Shown here: piece after piece, positions 29,183-38,473 of the stretch | How the letters are laid out: every line of letters starts with the position of its first letter | Numbering within the stretch: the stretch's first letter is position 1 | NCBI GenBank assembly: GCA_965206645.1 | Contig: CBDBKE010000003.1 | Span: 800,001-864,000, forward strand | Direction: 5' to 3' | Origin: Terriglobia bacterium | GTDB taxonomy: Bacteria > Acidobacteriota > Terriglobia > JAJPHL01 > JAPKYU01 | DNA length: 64,000 bases | Made by a program: the position numbers and the translations under genes | Notes under the pieces: model-generated | Told to the model about the DNA's origin: nothing | What the model saw: only the letters and a program-made list of their open reading frames with translations | The model's database searches: none

Positions 29183-30535
29183 CTACAGAATCGGCTCTTC
29201 CCAGCTCTCCAGGGTCTTCTTCACGTAGGCCATGAACTGGTCGGCCAACACTCCGTCAACCACCCGATGGTCGTAGCCGAGCGAAAGGTACACGATGGAG
29301 CGAATCGCGATGGCGTCGTCAATCACCACCGGCGTCTTGTGGATGTGGCCCACGCCCAGAATGGCAACCTGGGGCTGGCTGATGATGGGTGTGCCGAACA
29401 AGGCGCCCTGGCCGGGATTGGTGATGGTAAAGGTGCCGTTCTGCACCTCGTCGGGTGAGAGTTTCTTGGCGCGGGCGCGGTCAGCCAGATCGCGGATGGC
29501 TTTGGCTAACCCGAGAAAGTTCTTCTCTTCGGCGTTCTTAATGACAGGGACGATCAGGCCCCACTCGAGCACCACGGCGATGCCCAGGTTGATCTCCTTC
29601 TTGAGAACAATGTTGGTGCCCTCCAGTGAAGAGTTCACGTAGGGAAAGGCCTTCAGGGCAGTCACCGCAGCGCGGGCAATGAAGGGCAGGTAGGTCAGCC
29701 TGACGCCGTTGCGCTGCTCGAACTCCGCCTTGGTCCGCGCGCGCAGCCGAGCAACGCGGCTCATGTCCACATCGAAGACAGTGTGCACATGCGGGGAAGT
29801 GCGCTTGCTCTCCACCATGTGTTGGGCGATCTTCTGCCGCATGGCGGACATGGGCACCACCCCCACCCGCGCACCGGGCGTCCCCGGAGCCGCCGGCTGA
29901 GCTGAGGTTGGGGCGGCAGCAGGCGAAGGAGGAGCTGAGGGAGCGGGAGCCACGCCACCCTTTCCGGCCTCGATATAGGCCAGGATGTCTGCCTTGGTGA
30001 TGCGCCCGCCCAGGCCGCTTCCAGACACCTGGCTGAGGTCCACGCCGTGCTCGGCGGCCATCCGGCGCACCAGCGGGGAGCTGCGTACCTCGGCGGCTTC
30101 CGCTGACGGCTGGGGCCGGCGCGGCATTTCGACCGCTGGCTCGCGCTCGACGGCGGCGGGCGGCGCCGACGGGGGCGCGGCCGCTTGGGGCGCAGGCGGT
30201 GGAGGCGCGGCTTTGGCTGATTCGGCGGCCGGTCGGGAGGCCGGTTCGGAGACTGGCTCGGCGGCTTCGGCTTTGGCGGGTTGCGCCGCCACCGCACCTG
30301 CTTCCTCAATCTCGGCTACGACGGTGTTGATCTGCACCGTCTCTCCCTCGGGCACTAGCACCCGCGACAGCACACCTGCGGCGGGGGAGGGAATTTCGGC
30401 GTCCACCTTATCGGTGGAGATTTCAAACAACGCTTCATCCCGCTGCACCGGTTCGCCCGGCTTCTTGAGCCACCGGGTAATGGTTCCCTCAAAGATGCTC
30501 TCCCCCATCTGGGGCATGATCACGTTGGTTGGCAT
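29183..30535 (-). CDS. sucB: 2-oxoacid dehydrogenase E2 dihydrolipoamide acyltransferase
   Basis: Lipoyl domain ISTDKVDAEIPSP, E3-binding SPLVRR, catalytic YDHRVVDG; substrate specificity is uncertain. Confidence 0.85.
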   Translation of the reverse strand: MPTNVIMPQMGESIFEGTITRWLKKPGEPVQRDEALFEISTDKVDAEIPSPAAGVLSRVLVPEGETVQINTVVAEIEEAGAVAAQPAKAEAAEPVSEPASRPAAESAKAAPPPPAPQAAAPPSAPPAAVEREPAVEMPRRPQPSAEAAEVRSSPLVRRMAAEHGVDLSQVSGSGLGGRITKADILAYIEAGKGGVAPAPSAPPSPAAAPTSAQPAAPGTPGARVGVVPMSAMRQKIAQHMVESKRTSPHVHTVFDVDMSRVARLRARTKAEFEQRNGVRLTYLPFIARAAVTALKAFPYVNSSLEGTNIVLKKEINLGIAVVLEWGLIVPVIKNAEEKNFLGLAKAIRDLADRARAKKLSPDEVQNGTFTITNPGQGALFGTPIISQPQVAILGVGHIHKTPVVIDDAIAIRSIVYLSLGYDHRVVDGVLADQFMAYVKKTLESWEEPIL

Positions 30536-30621
30536 GGCAATGTTTCCTGCTTTGGATTTGCCGTCAGTATGGCGTCAGTATATCGTAGGTAGCGACTGTT
30601 AAAAGCCAGCAACGATCCCGC

Positions 30622-31317
30622 TCAGCAATCGGCAGACAGTACTTCGGCCCTGGCTGCGGACCGTGGGCTCGGGCTAAGGGCCGCCAGACTCGGTGGAGCA
30701 TACTGCCGCTGGAATTCTCGCGCCACCACCTGCTTGACAGTTCGCATCACGGGAGGCGCCCCCAGAACCTGAGCACCCAGAACCTGAGCAATAGACGTGA
30801 CGCCGTAGCCGTGAATCCCACAGGGCACAATGAATTGGAAATAGCGCAGGTCGGGGTCCACGTTGAGCGCGAATCCGTGCGAGGTGACCCAGCGGCTGAT
30901 GTGCACTCCGATGGCGGCGATCTTGCGCTCGCCCACCCAGACCCCGGTGAACCCTGTGCGGCGTCCGGCCGCGATGCCGAATTCGGCCAACGCGGCGATC
31001 AGGGCCCCCTCCAGTGAGCGGACATACCAAACGACGTCCTTGCGGATGGCCCCCAGGTCCAGAATCGGGTAACCGACCAACTGGCCCGGGCCGTGGTAGG
31101 TGATGTCGCCGCCCCGGTTGGTGGTGTGCAGCTTCACCTCCGGCGGCAAGGCCAGCAGGTGCTCGCGCCTGGCGGTACGACCCAGCGTGAAGACGTGCGG
31201 GTGCTCCAGCAGCAGCAACGTGTCGGAGATTTCGCCCGCTCGCCGGCGCTCCACCAGCTGGCGCTGCAGTTCAGCCGCCTCGGCGTAGCCGATGGTTCCG
31301 AGGTCCTCGACGGTCAT
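30622..31317 (-). CDS. lipB: Lipoyl(octanoyl) transferase
   Basis: LLEHPHVFTLG, RGGDITYHGPGQLVGYP, KIAAIG, SHGFALNV, IVPCG. Confidence 0.95.
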   Translation of the reverse strand: MTVEDLGTIGYAEAAELQRQLVERRRAGEISDTLLLLEHPHVFTLGRTARREHLLALPPEVKLHTTNRGGDITYHGPGQLVGYPILDLGAIRKDVVWYVRSLEGALIAALAEFGIAAGRRTGFTGVWVGERKIAAIGVHISRWVTSHGFALNVDPDLRYFQFIVPCGIHGYGVTSIAQVLGAQVLGAPPVMRTVKQVVAREFQRQYAPPSLAALSPSPRSAARAEVLSADC

Positions 31318-31339
31318 AGTAAGGAATTGATGGGCATGG

Positions 31340-32743
31340 TCAAGAATTGATGGCCATCCCATAGACAGCGTTGCCGGCGTCGAACACGGCTTCGGCCAGC
31401 GTGGGGTGGGCGTGAATCGTGTACATGAACTCTTCCACGGTGGCTTCCAGCTCCAGCGCCATCACCGCTTCGGCAATCATCTCGGTGGCCAGCGGCCCGA
31501 TGATGTGGACCCCGAGCAGCTCGCCGTACTTCTCCTCGGCCACAATTTTCACAAAGCCGTCGTGCTGGCCGAGAATGGAGGCGCGGCTATTGGCCCCAAA
31601 GCTGAACTTGCCCGTCTTCACCTTGTGGCCCCGTTCCCGGGCATCTGCCTCGGTGAGTCCGACGCTAGCGATTTCCGGGTGGCAGTAGGTGCAACCGGGG
31701 ATGCGCTCGCGGCGCACCGGCTTCACCGGCTTGCCGGCTGCGTGCGTCACGGTCACAATGCCCTGCATGGATGCCACGTGCGCCAGTTGCGGCATTCCGG
31801 CGACGATGTCGCCGATGGCGTAGAGCCCCGGCTCCTCGGTCTGCTGGTATTGGTTGACGTGCATGAAACCGCGTTCCACGCGGGCCCGGGTCTGTTCCAG
31901 GCCTATGTTTTCCGTGTTGGGCCTGCGCCCCACCGCCACCAGCACGGTTTCGGCCTCGACCGCTTGGCTCTTGCCATCCGCGGTGAATTCCACGCGCACC
32001 TGCCGCGAGGTGGTGACTTTATCCACCCGGGCCCCGGTGTGCACGCGGATCTTTTGCTTCTTGAACAGGCGCTCCAGTTCGCGGGAAATCTCCTCGTCCT
32101 CCACGGGGACCACCCGCGGCAGCATCTCCAGCAAGGTGACCTCGGTTCCAAAGACGCGGTAGATGGAGGCGAACTCGACGCCCACCGCCCCGGCTCCGAT
32201 GATAACCATGCTGGCTGGAATGTGCTTCAGCTCCAGGACTTCGCAGTTCGTGAGGATGCGCTCGGGGTCCGCTGTTAGTCCCGGCAGCAGGCGCGCTCCC
32301 GAGCCGGTGGCCAGCACGATGGCGCGGGCGCTGAGTTCCTTGGCAGCGCTGCGGCCCTCGCTTTCCACCACCACTCGTCCGGATCCCGCCAGCCGGCCCC
32401 ACCCTCGGTGGGTCTCCACCTTGTTCTTCTGCAACAGAAACTTCACTCCCTGGGCGTGTCTCTTGACCACGCGGTCCCTGCGTGCCTGCACGGCGCTCCA
32501 CTCCAGTTTCGGCTCTCCGCACTGGATGCCGTATTCCTTGGCCTCCAGGACGTGCTGGAAAACTTCGGCGTTGTGTAGCAGCGCCTTGGTGGGGATGCAA
32601 CCGACGTGCAGGCAGGTGCCACCGAACTTGTCGTCCTTCTCGACGAGCGCCGCCTTCAGCCCGAGCTGGGTGGCGCGGATGGCGGCCACGTACCCTCCGG
32701 GTCCGCTTCCAATGACCACAACGTCATAGTCGTTCGCTGGCAT
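31340..32743 (-). CDS. lpdA: Dihydrolipoyl dehydrogenase (E3)
   Basis: GSGPGGY, GGTCLHVGCIPTK, HAHPTLAE. Confidence 0.96.
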   Translation of the reverse strand: MPANDYDVVVIGSGPGGYVAAIRATQLGLKAALVEKDDKFGGTCLHVGCIPTKALLHNAEVFQHVLEAKEYGIQCGEPKLEWSAVQARRDRVVKRHAQGVKFLLQKNKVETHRGWGRLAGSGRVVVESEGRSAAKELSARAIVLATGSGARLLPGLTADPERILTNCEVLELKHIPASMVIIGAGAVGVEFASIYRVFGTEVTLLEMLPRVVPVEDEEISRELERLFKKQKIRVHTGARVDKVTTSRQVRVEFTADGKSQAVEAETVLVAVGRRPNTENIGLEQTRARVERGFMHVNQYQQTEEPGLYAIGDIVAGMPQLAHVASMQGIVTVTHAAGKPVKPVRRERIPGCTYCHPEIASVGLTEADARERGHKVKTGKFSFGANSRASILGQHDGFVKIVAEEKYGELLGVHIIGPLATEMIAEAVMALELEATVEEFMYTIHAHPTLAEAVFDAGNAVYGMAINS

Positions 32744-32818
32744 GGCAAAAAGGCAACCGCGATGATAGCACAGCGCCAGACGCAACGGGCTAAGCCAACC
32801 GCCCGCGAGCCAGGGAGC

Positions 32819-32959
32819 CTATCGTTCGAGTATTGCGGAGAAAAGCAGGAAAAACAGGAAGAGTCCTCCCACCAGCAGGACCAGGCAACCGATCAGGCGG
32901 CCTTTGCTGCCGGTGGTGACCTCTTTCTTGCGGGCACGGGCCGGTTTCCACTTCCCCAC
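32819..32959 (-). CDS. Small membrane protein (46 aa)
   Basis: MGKWKPARARKKEVTTGSKGRLIGCLVLLVGGLFLFFLLFSAILER: basic N-terminus plus one TM helix, filling the gap before lpdA. Confidence 0.55.
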   Translation of the reverse strand: MGKWKPARARKKEVTTGSKGRLIGCLVLLVGGLFLFFLLFSAILER

Positions 32960-33043
32960 ACCATCATTATACGAGGTAACCCGGGCGGGGTGGGGCACGT
33001 CCCACGTTCGACACAGTAGTGTGTGTCGGAATCCCCCTGAAGT

Positions 33044-34018
33044 ATGGAGGCAGGTATGCGAATCATTCCCGGTATGCGAATCATTCAAGGAGCCATCCTG
33101 GTTGCCCTGGTAGCGATTACCGGGCTGCTGTATTCGATCCGCACTCAGATGACTCCGCCGCCCGCCCCGCCGGTCGAGGTCGCGCAAGCCTTGCCGGCGC
33201 CGCAGGGGCCGGCCGCCCAGGAGTTGGTAGGGGTCCAGCCCGCCGTGGCGCAGCCCGCTGTAAGACGGGCCGTAACACGGGCGGTCGCGCCCACGCCGCC
33301 GCGACGGGCCCTGCGCTGGCCGGCGCCGCCACCGGTTGCTGTGCCGCCCGAGCCATATCCGGAGCAGGATCCGGCGCCCGCTCCAATCTTCAGGCCTCCG
33401 GTAGCCCGCGTAGCCCAGCCGGTCCCACCGCCACCGCCGGCGACGCGGGTCGTGACCGTGCCGGCGGGGACCGTCATCACGGTTCGCCTGGTGGATGGAG
33501 TCAGCTCGAAGCACAATCGCCCAGGGGATACCTTCCAGGGGACACTGGAGGAGCCGCTGGCGGCTGAGGGTCTGGTGGTTGCTGAGCGGAACGCCAACGT
33601 TTTTGGGCGCGTCGTGGACACCCAGAAGTCCGGCCGCGTTTCCGGGCGGGCGGAGATGGCGCTGGAACTGGACCGCCTGCAGACAGTTGGCGGCGAGGTC
33701 CGCATCGCCAGCGATACCATGATCCGGCGCGCGGATGCCAGCAAAGGCAAGGACGCTGCGAAGATAGGCATCATGGCCGGCATCGGCGCGGCCATTGGGG
33801 CAATTGCCGGAGGTCGTAAAGGCGCTGGTGTCGGAGCCGCCGCAGGCGGCGCCGCAGGCACCGGGACGGTGCTGGCGACGCGGGGCAAACCAGTGGAGTT
33901 CCCCCCGGAGAGTCGGCTCACCTTCCGGCCCCGCGCCCCGATCACGGTGACGTTGGACGCGGATCAAGCTCGCCCGACGGGCTACGAGGGCCGCCCTCGG
34001 CTGGAACGCCGCTATTAG
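33044..34018 (+). CDS. Membrane-anchored Pro-rich protein with a VirB10/TrbI-like domain and glycine zipper
   Basis: TM, Pro-rich linker, VPAGTVITVRL...GDTF, SGRVSGRAEMAL, GAAIGAIAGG. Confidence 0.75.
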   Translation: MEAGMRIIPGMRIIQGAILVALVAITGLLYSIRTQMTPPPAPPVEVAQALPAPQGPAAQELVGVQPAVAQPAVRRAVTRAVAPTPPRRALRWPAPPPVAVPPEPYPEQDPAPAPIFRPPVARVAQPVPPPPPATRVVTVPAGTVITVRLVDGVSSKHNRPGDTFQGTLEEPLAAEGLVVAERNANVFGRVVDTQKSGRVSGRAEMALELDRLQTVGGEVRIASDTMIRRADASKGKDAAKIGIMAGIGAAIGAIAGGRKGAGVGAAAGGAAGTGTVLATRGKPVEFPPESRLTFRPRAPITVTLDADQARPTGYEGRPRLERRY

Positions 34019-34063
34019 TGACGCTCAAGGCGCGGAGGTAAGACAAGGCGCCCTTGGTGTGAC

Positions 34064-34083
34064 GACAGGCCTCCCGGCCTGTC
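34064..34083. repeat. REP-like palindrome/terminator between convergent genes
   Basis: GACAGGCC-TCCC-GGCCTGTC perfect 8-bp stem; partial copy GACAGGCC at about 34138. Confidence 0.45.
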
Positions 34084-34181
34084 TGCCGCGCCGAGTGCCG
34101 CTTGTTTTTCCCCGTGGTCCAATGTACCGGCCTAATGGACAGGCCTAGTGGATGGAGAAGATATCTGTCCCCAGCACCGAG

Positions 34182-34634
34182 TCAGCGGCCAGATCTTGAC
34201 CTTCGCACTTTGGACCTTGGGCGTTGGATCTTGGACCGCCTGGGCATTTTCCCGAATACCTGACCCGCCACCACCAGCGCTTCCCAGGCTGCGGGAAAGC
34301 CGGCGTAGGGCGCCAGTTGCAGCAAGGTTTCCAGCACCTCTTCGCGGGAGGCGCCGTTGTTCAGCGCCATGCGGATATTCAGCGCCAGCCCATCTTTCCT
34401 TCCCAAGGCTCCCAGCGCGGCCACCGTCACCAGCGAGCGCACTTTCAACGGCAGGCGGGGCCGGGCCCAGATCTCGCCCGCTAGAAACCCCACCACGTAG
34501 CGTTCAAACTCCGGCTCCAGCGCCCGCCAGGCCCGGCGCAGCTCGTCAGTGAATTCCGCGCCGAGCATTCGGCGCATCATTTTTTCTCCACGACGAATCT
34601 GTTCTTCTCCGCGACGAATGTTTGCTTTTTGCAT
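34182..34634 (-). CDS. Carboxymuconolactone decarboxylase family protein
   Basis: GEIWARPRL..KVRSLVTVAAL..ALNNGASREEVLETLLQLAPYAGFP. Confidence 0.88.
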   Translation of the reverse strand: MQKANIRRGEEQIRRGEKMMRRMLGAEFTDELRRAWRALEPEFERYVVGFLAGEIWARPRLPLKVRSLVTVAALGALGRKDGLALNIRMALNNGASREEVLETLLQLAPYAGFPAAWEALVVAGQVFGKMPRRSKIQRPRSKVRRSRSGR

Positions 34635-34695
34635 GGCTCTCGAAATGCTGCCTTTCCTAACGCCACGAGAAGGGCCCGGGCTAAGCCTTGTGGGG

Positions 34696-34980
34696 TTAAG
34701 CCTTGCAAGCTGGGGTAATCTGGGTGAACTCGAAGTCGCGCGGGTCCAGGTTGTCCTGCTGGAGTCGCTGGATGCATTCCTGGACCGTGTCGGCAACGGC
34801 GCGAATGCGCCGCAACTTGAACTGGATCACCGGCGTCCCCTGCTCCTCCTCCAACCTGGGGGGCGTGTACAACTCCAGCGCCATCCACTTGCCGGCGTAT
34901 TGGAGCCGCTCGGGAATGCTGAGGTCTTCCGGGGCCCGACCAACGATCGGCTTTGCGTTCATCCTGATCACGAAGTTCAA
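34696..34980 (-). CDS. Hypothetical protein
   Basis: GAAAGG RBS and protein-like composition; GKWMALELYTP motif. Confidence 0.65.
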   Translation of the reverse strand: MNFVIRMNAKPIVGRAPEDLSIPERLQYAGKWMALELYTPPRLEEEQGTPVIQFKLRRIRAVADTVQECIQRLQQDNLDPRDFEFTQITPACKA

Positions 34981-35114
34981 CGCCTTTCCTGAACCGCGTT
35001 CATAAGGCGGTTCGGCAGAGGTGCTATTCTACAACGGGTCGGGGCGTCGCGCAGCCTGGCAGGCGCAGATCGATTGGCAGCTCGGACGAATGAGGCGGCT
35101 GATTCGATGAATCC

Positions 35115-36101
35115 ATGACTCAATTCGGAAAGCTTCCTCCCCACGTGCTGGCCCGGCTGCTTGAGCGCATTCCGCCCGGGGACCCGCGGGTCGTGCTGGG
35201 CCCGCGGGTAGGCGAGGATGCCGCCGTGCTGGATTTTGGCGACCGCTACCTGGTGGCCAAGTCCGATCCCATCACCTTTACTGCCGAACGGATCGGCTGG
35301 TACGCCGTGCAGGTGAACGCCAACGACCTGGCGACTCTGGGCGCGCGGCCCCGCTGGTTCCTGCTGACCTTGCTGCTGCCCAACAACGACCTGGCGCTGG
35401 CGGAGGCCATCTTTGCCGACGTGTTGGCCGCCTGCGCCGAACTGGGGGTCACGCTGTGCGGTGGGCATACGGAGACCACCCCAGGGTTGGACCGGCCCAT
35501 TGTAGCGGGACAGATGTTGGGTGAAGTCGAGAAGGAACGGCTGGTGCGGAAGCAGCGAATTCGTCCCGGCGACGCGGTGCTGCTGAGCCGCGGGGTAGCT
35601 CTAGAAGGCACGGCCATCCTGGCGCGCGAGAAAGCTGAGGAACTGGCGGGCTGCCTGGATGCCGCCGTGCTGGACCGCGCTCGCGGTCTGCTTTTCCGCC
35701 CTGGCATCAGCGTGGTCGCCGACGCGCTGGCCGCAGCGGACGCGGCCCCCGTTCACGGCATGCATGATCCCACCGAGGGTGGCCTGCTAGGTGGCCTGTA
35801 CGAACTTGCCCAGGTGGCCGGTGTAGGCCTGAGTGTAGAAGGAGCGCGCATCCCGGTGTTGCCTGAGACCGCAGATCTGTGCGCGGCACTTGGACTCGAT
35901 CCATTGCGCCTGATTGCATCCGGTTCCTTGCTGATTGTCGTCGCCGAGCCGGATGCGGACCGGGTCCAACGGGCTCTGGCAGTGCGGGGCACGCCCACAG
36001 CGCGCATCGGCCGAGTTACGCAGCCGGAGAAGGGGCTGCGGCTGGACGACCTCCCTTTCGACTTCCCAGAATGTGACGAAATCGCTCGCGCGCTGAAGTG
36101 A
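35115..36101 (+). CDS. AIR synthase-related (HypE/PurM-like) protein
   Basis: GEDAAV, SDPITF, VNANDLA..GA.P, GGHTE, MHDPTEGG. Confidence 0.9.
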   Translation: MTQFGKLPPHVLARLLERIPPGDPRVVLGPRVGEDAAVLDFGDRYLVAKSDPITFTAERIGWYAVQVNANDLATLGARPRWFLLTLLLPNNDLALAEAIFADVLAACAELGVTLCGGHTETTPGLDRPIVAGQMLGEVEKERLVRKQRIRPGDAVLLSRGVALEGTAILAREKAEELAGCLDAAVLDRARGLLFRPGISVVADALAAADAAPVHGMHDPTEGGLLGGLYELAQVAGVGLSVEGARIPVLPETADLCAALGLDPLRLIASGSLLIVVAEPDADRVQRALAVRGTPTARIGRVTQPEKGLRLDDLPFDFPECDEIARALK

Positions 36102-36197
36102 AGGACCCCGAACTGGCGAGCCCTGACGCCGATGGGGTGCCCTTTGGTGGACTGGTCTCGCACCCCGAACCTCTGGATAGCTGGGGGAGAGAATTGT

Positions 36198-38210
36198 ATG
36201 ATTAGCATGCTCCATCTACATCATTCCCGAAGCGTGGGTTGGGCCGATGATGGGAAAGAATCCAGCCGGGTCTTGGTCATTGACGACGACGACTTGGTGC
36301 TAGCTATCATCCGCAAGATGCTGGATGCGGAGCTGTTTTCCGTGGATGTCTCGGTTTCGGCCCGCGAGGCCCTGGGCCGTCTGCCGGAAACCCGCTATGA
36401 CGCCATCCTCTGCGACATGTGGATGCCGGGGATGACCGGCAAGGACTTCTACAACCAGGTGAAAAAGGAATTCCCCGAGCACCAGAGCCGGATTATTTTT
36501 CTGACCGGCGATATTGCCTCGGAAACAACCTGGGAGTTCATCGAGCAAAACCGACTGCCCTACATACTGAAGCCGGTCAGCGCTCCCGAGTTGCACCGCA
36601 AGCTGCGCGAGGTGATGGGCGAGCGGCTGAAAGCAGCGCCGAAGAAGGGTGCTGAGCAACGGCGTCATCGGCGCCTCGCAATGAAGGCCAACCTCCGGGT
36701 CCGCAAGAAGAGATGGGCCGCCGCGGGTCCTGAGATTACCCTAGTCGGCAACGCCAGCAAGGAAGGCGTCTACTTCCTGACCGATCGACAATACGGCGTC
36801 GGGACCGACGTGCTGGTTTCCTTCCCCTATACCGGACAAGGCGACATCGAGCAGGAAGGCTGTGTGGTGCGAGTGGATGAGCGTTCGGATGGCCGACGGG
36901 GAGTGGCCATCGCGTTGGGAAAGGCGGCCGTGGATGCCCGCGGCCCCCTGACGCTCCCCCAGGTCAGCGGGGTCGAACCGGCGTTCGAAGTTGCTGACCT
37001 GAAGCTCCAACTGGACCGTGAGCGGAAGGAGGCGCATCGCCTGACAGACGAGCTGGCCGACCTGAAGGGCAGTTACAAGCGGGTTGCCAGCGAGCGCGAC
37101 CGGCTTGCCTCCGAGGAGTCCGACCGCGACTTTAGGGCGCGCGAACTCACTTCAACTCGGGACGCCATGGGCCGGCTCGCCGAAGAGTTAAAGCAGCAAG
37201 TACAGGACTTGCAGGAGAAGCTGGCCGCGGCCGAGCGCGGGCGGGCACAACAGGCCGAACGGGCGCATGACGCCCAGAAAGAAGCGACCAAGGCGGCCGA
37301 CCTGAAAACAGAACTGGATCAGGAGCGGAAAGCGGCCCGCCGCTTGACGCAAGAGCTGGCTGACCTGAAGGGCGTGCACCAACGCGCGGTTCAGGAACGC
37401 GACCGGCTCGCCAGCCAGGAATCCGACCGCAGCTTAAAGTTCCGTGAACTCACCTCCACCCGGGACGCCATGAGCCGGCTCGCCGAGGAGTTGAAGCAGC
37501 AGGTGCAGGACTTGCAGAAGAAGCTGGCCGCGTCCGAGCGTGAGCAGGAACAACAGGCCGAACGGGCGAGGGACACCCAGCAAAAAGCGGCCAAGGCGGC
37601 CGACCTGAAAACAGATCTGGATCAGGAACGGGAAGCGGCCCGCCGCTTGACGCAAGAGATGGCTGACCTGAAGGGTGTGCACGAACGCGCGGCTCAGGAA
37701 CGTGACCGGCTCGCCAGCCAGGAGTATGACCTCAGCTTCAAACTCCGTGAACTGACCTCCACTCGGGACACCATGAACCGGCTGGTTCGAGAATTTCGGA
37801 AAAAGATACAGGGTTTGGAAAAACACGTCGCTGGCGTCGAAGCCGAACGCGATCGGGGACAGAAGGAAGTGCGAATCGCCCGCGGCGAGGCAGAGAAGTG
37901 GCGTGCCGAAAGCCGCCGGCAGCAGCAGACTGTAGCTTCCAGTGAGCGCGCCACCCGGGGACAGGCTTCGCCGGCCAAAGAACAGAAGGGCGACGCAGCC
38001 CGGCTGCGCGAGGACCTCAAAGGGCTGCGGGCGCGCATCCAGGAATTTCAGGGCGGGGGCGTAGGGCCGCTGACCAATTTGGCGGCGAATTGCGACTTGC
38101 TCGTCATGAACAAGTCGCTGGATGCACCTACAAGAAAGTCGGCAAAGGAAATGAGCCAGCAGGCTGCCCAGCTGCGCAAAGCCTTTCAGAAACTCACCCG
38201 GAAATCCTAG
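36198..38210 (+). CDS. Response regulator receiver + PilZ + long repeated coiled coil + HisKA-like tail
   Basis: LVIDDD/LCDMWMPGM/FLTG/LKP receiver; RRHRR and NASKEG PilZ motifs; 101-aa repeats. Confidence 0.85.
   Translation: MISMLHLHHSRSVGWADDGKESSRVLVIDDDDLVLAIIRKMLDAELFSVDVSVSAREALGRLPETRYDAILCDMWMPGMTGKDFYNQVKKEFPEHQSRIIFLTGDIASETTWEFIEQNRLPYILKPVSAPELHRKLREVMGERLKAAPKKGAEQRRHRRLAMKANLRVRKKRWAAAGPEITLVGNASKEGVYFLTDRQYGVGTDVLVSFPYTGQGDIEQEGCVVRVDERSDGRRGVAIALGKAAVDARGPLTLPQVSGVEPAFEVADLKLQLDRERKEAHRLTDELADLKGSYKRVASERDRLASEESDRDFRARELTSTRDAMGRLAEELKQQVQDLQEKLAAAERGRAQQAERAHDAQKEATKAADLKTELDQERKAARRLTQELADLKGVHQRAVQERDRLASQESDRSLKFRELTSTRDAMSRLAEELKQQVQDLQKKLAASEREQEQQAERARDTQQKAAKAADLKTDLDQEREAARRLTQEMADLKGVHERAAQERDRLASQEYDLSFKLRELTSTRDTMNRLVREFRKKIQGLEKHVAGVEAERDRGQKEVRIARGEAEKWRAESRRQQQTVASSERATRGQASPAKEQKGDAARLREDLKGLRARIQEFQGGGVGPLTNLAANCDLLVMNKSLDAPTRKSAKEMSQQAAQLRKAFQKLTRKS
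36993..37800 (+). repeat. Intragenic 303-bp tandem repeat (about 2.7 copies)
   Basis: Units start GCYGACCTGAA at 36993, 37296 and 37599 and share ERDRLAS...RELTSTRD. Confidence 0.9.
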
Positions 38211-38473
38211 CTCGGCGGCAGCCCTGCCTTGATCTTAGCGGCCGAACGATGACTTCCTTAGTAGTAGACCACCGAGTAGTAGACCATTGAGGCTTCGTCG
38301 CAGCTCTGCAGCCCGATGTAACCAAATTCAGGGAGCGGGCCGCGCCTCGGGTCGCGGCTGCGCTTGGGGGCGGCTGGCCGCCGACAATGGTGAGGCACCT
38401 CCCCAACTTTGTCACCCGGTCTAGCCCGCCGCCTCATCTAGCCCATTTCGCAAGCCTCCGGTAGACTGCCAGT

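Noticed and set aside
32819-33967. 382-aa minus-strand ORF and many similar long antisense ORFs
   Set aside because: GC-rich shadow frames opposite well-supported genes; only the last 46 codons here look real.
34196-34240. 7-bp periodic repeat (TTGGAC-like) at the 3' end of the CMD gene
   Set aside because: A short degenerate heptamer run with no evidence of function.
36102-36197. Possible c-di-GMP riboswitch upstream of the REC-PilZ gene
   Set aside because: A hairpin (GGGGTGC/GCACCCC) is present but the GEMM consensus elements are not.
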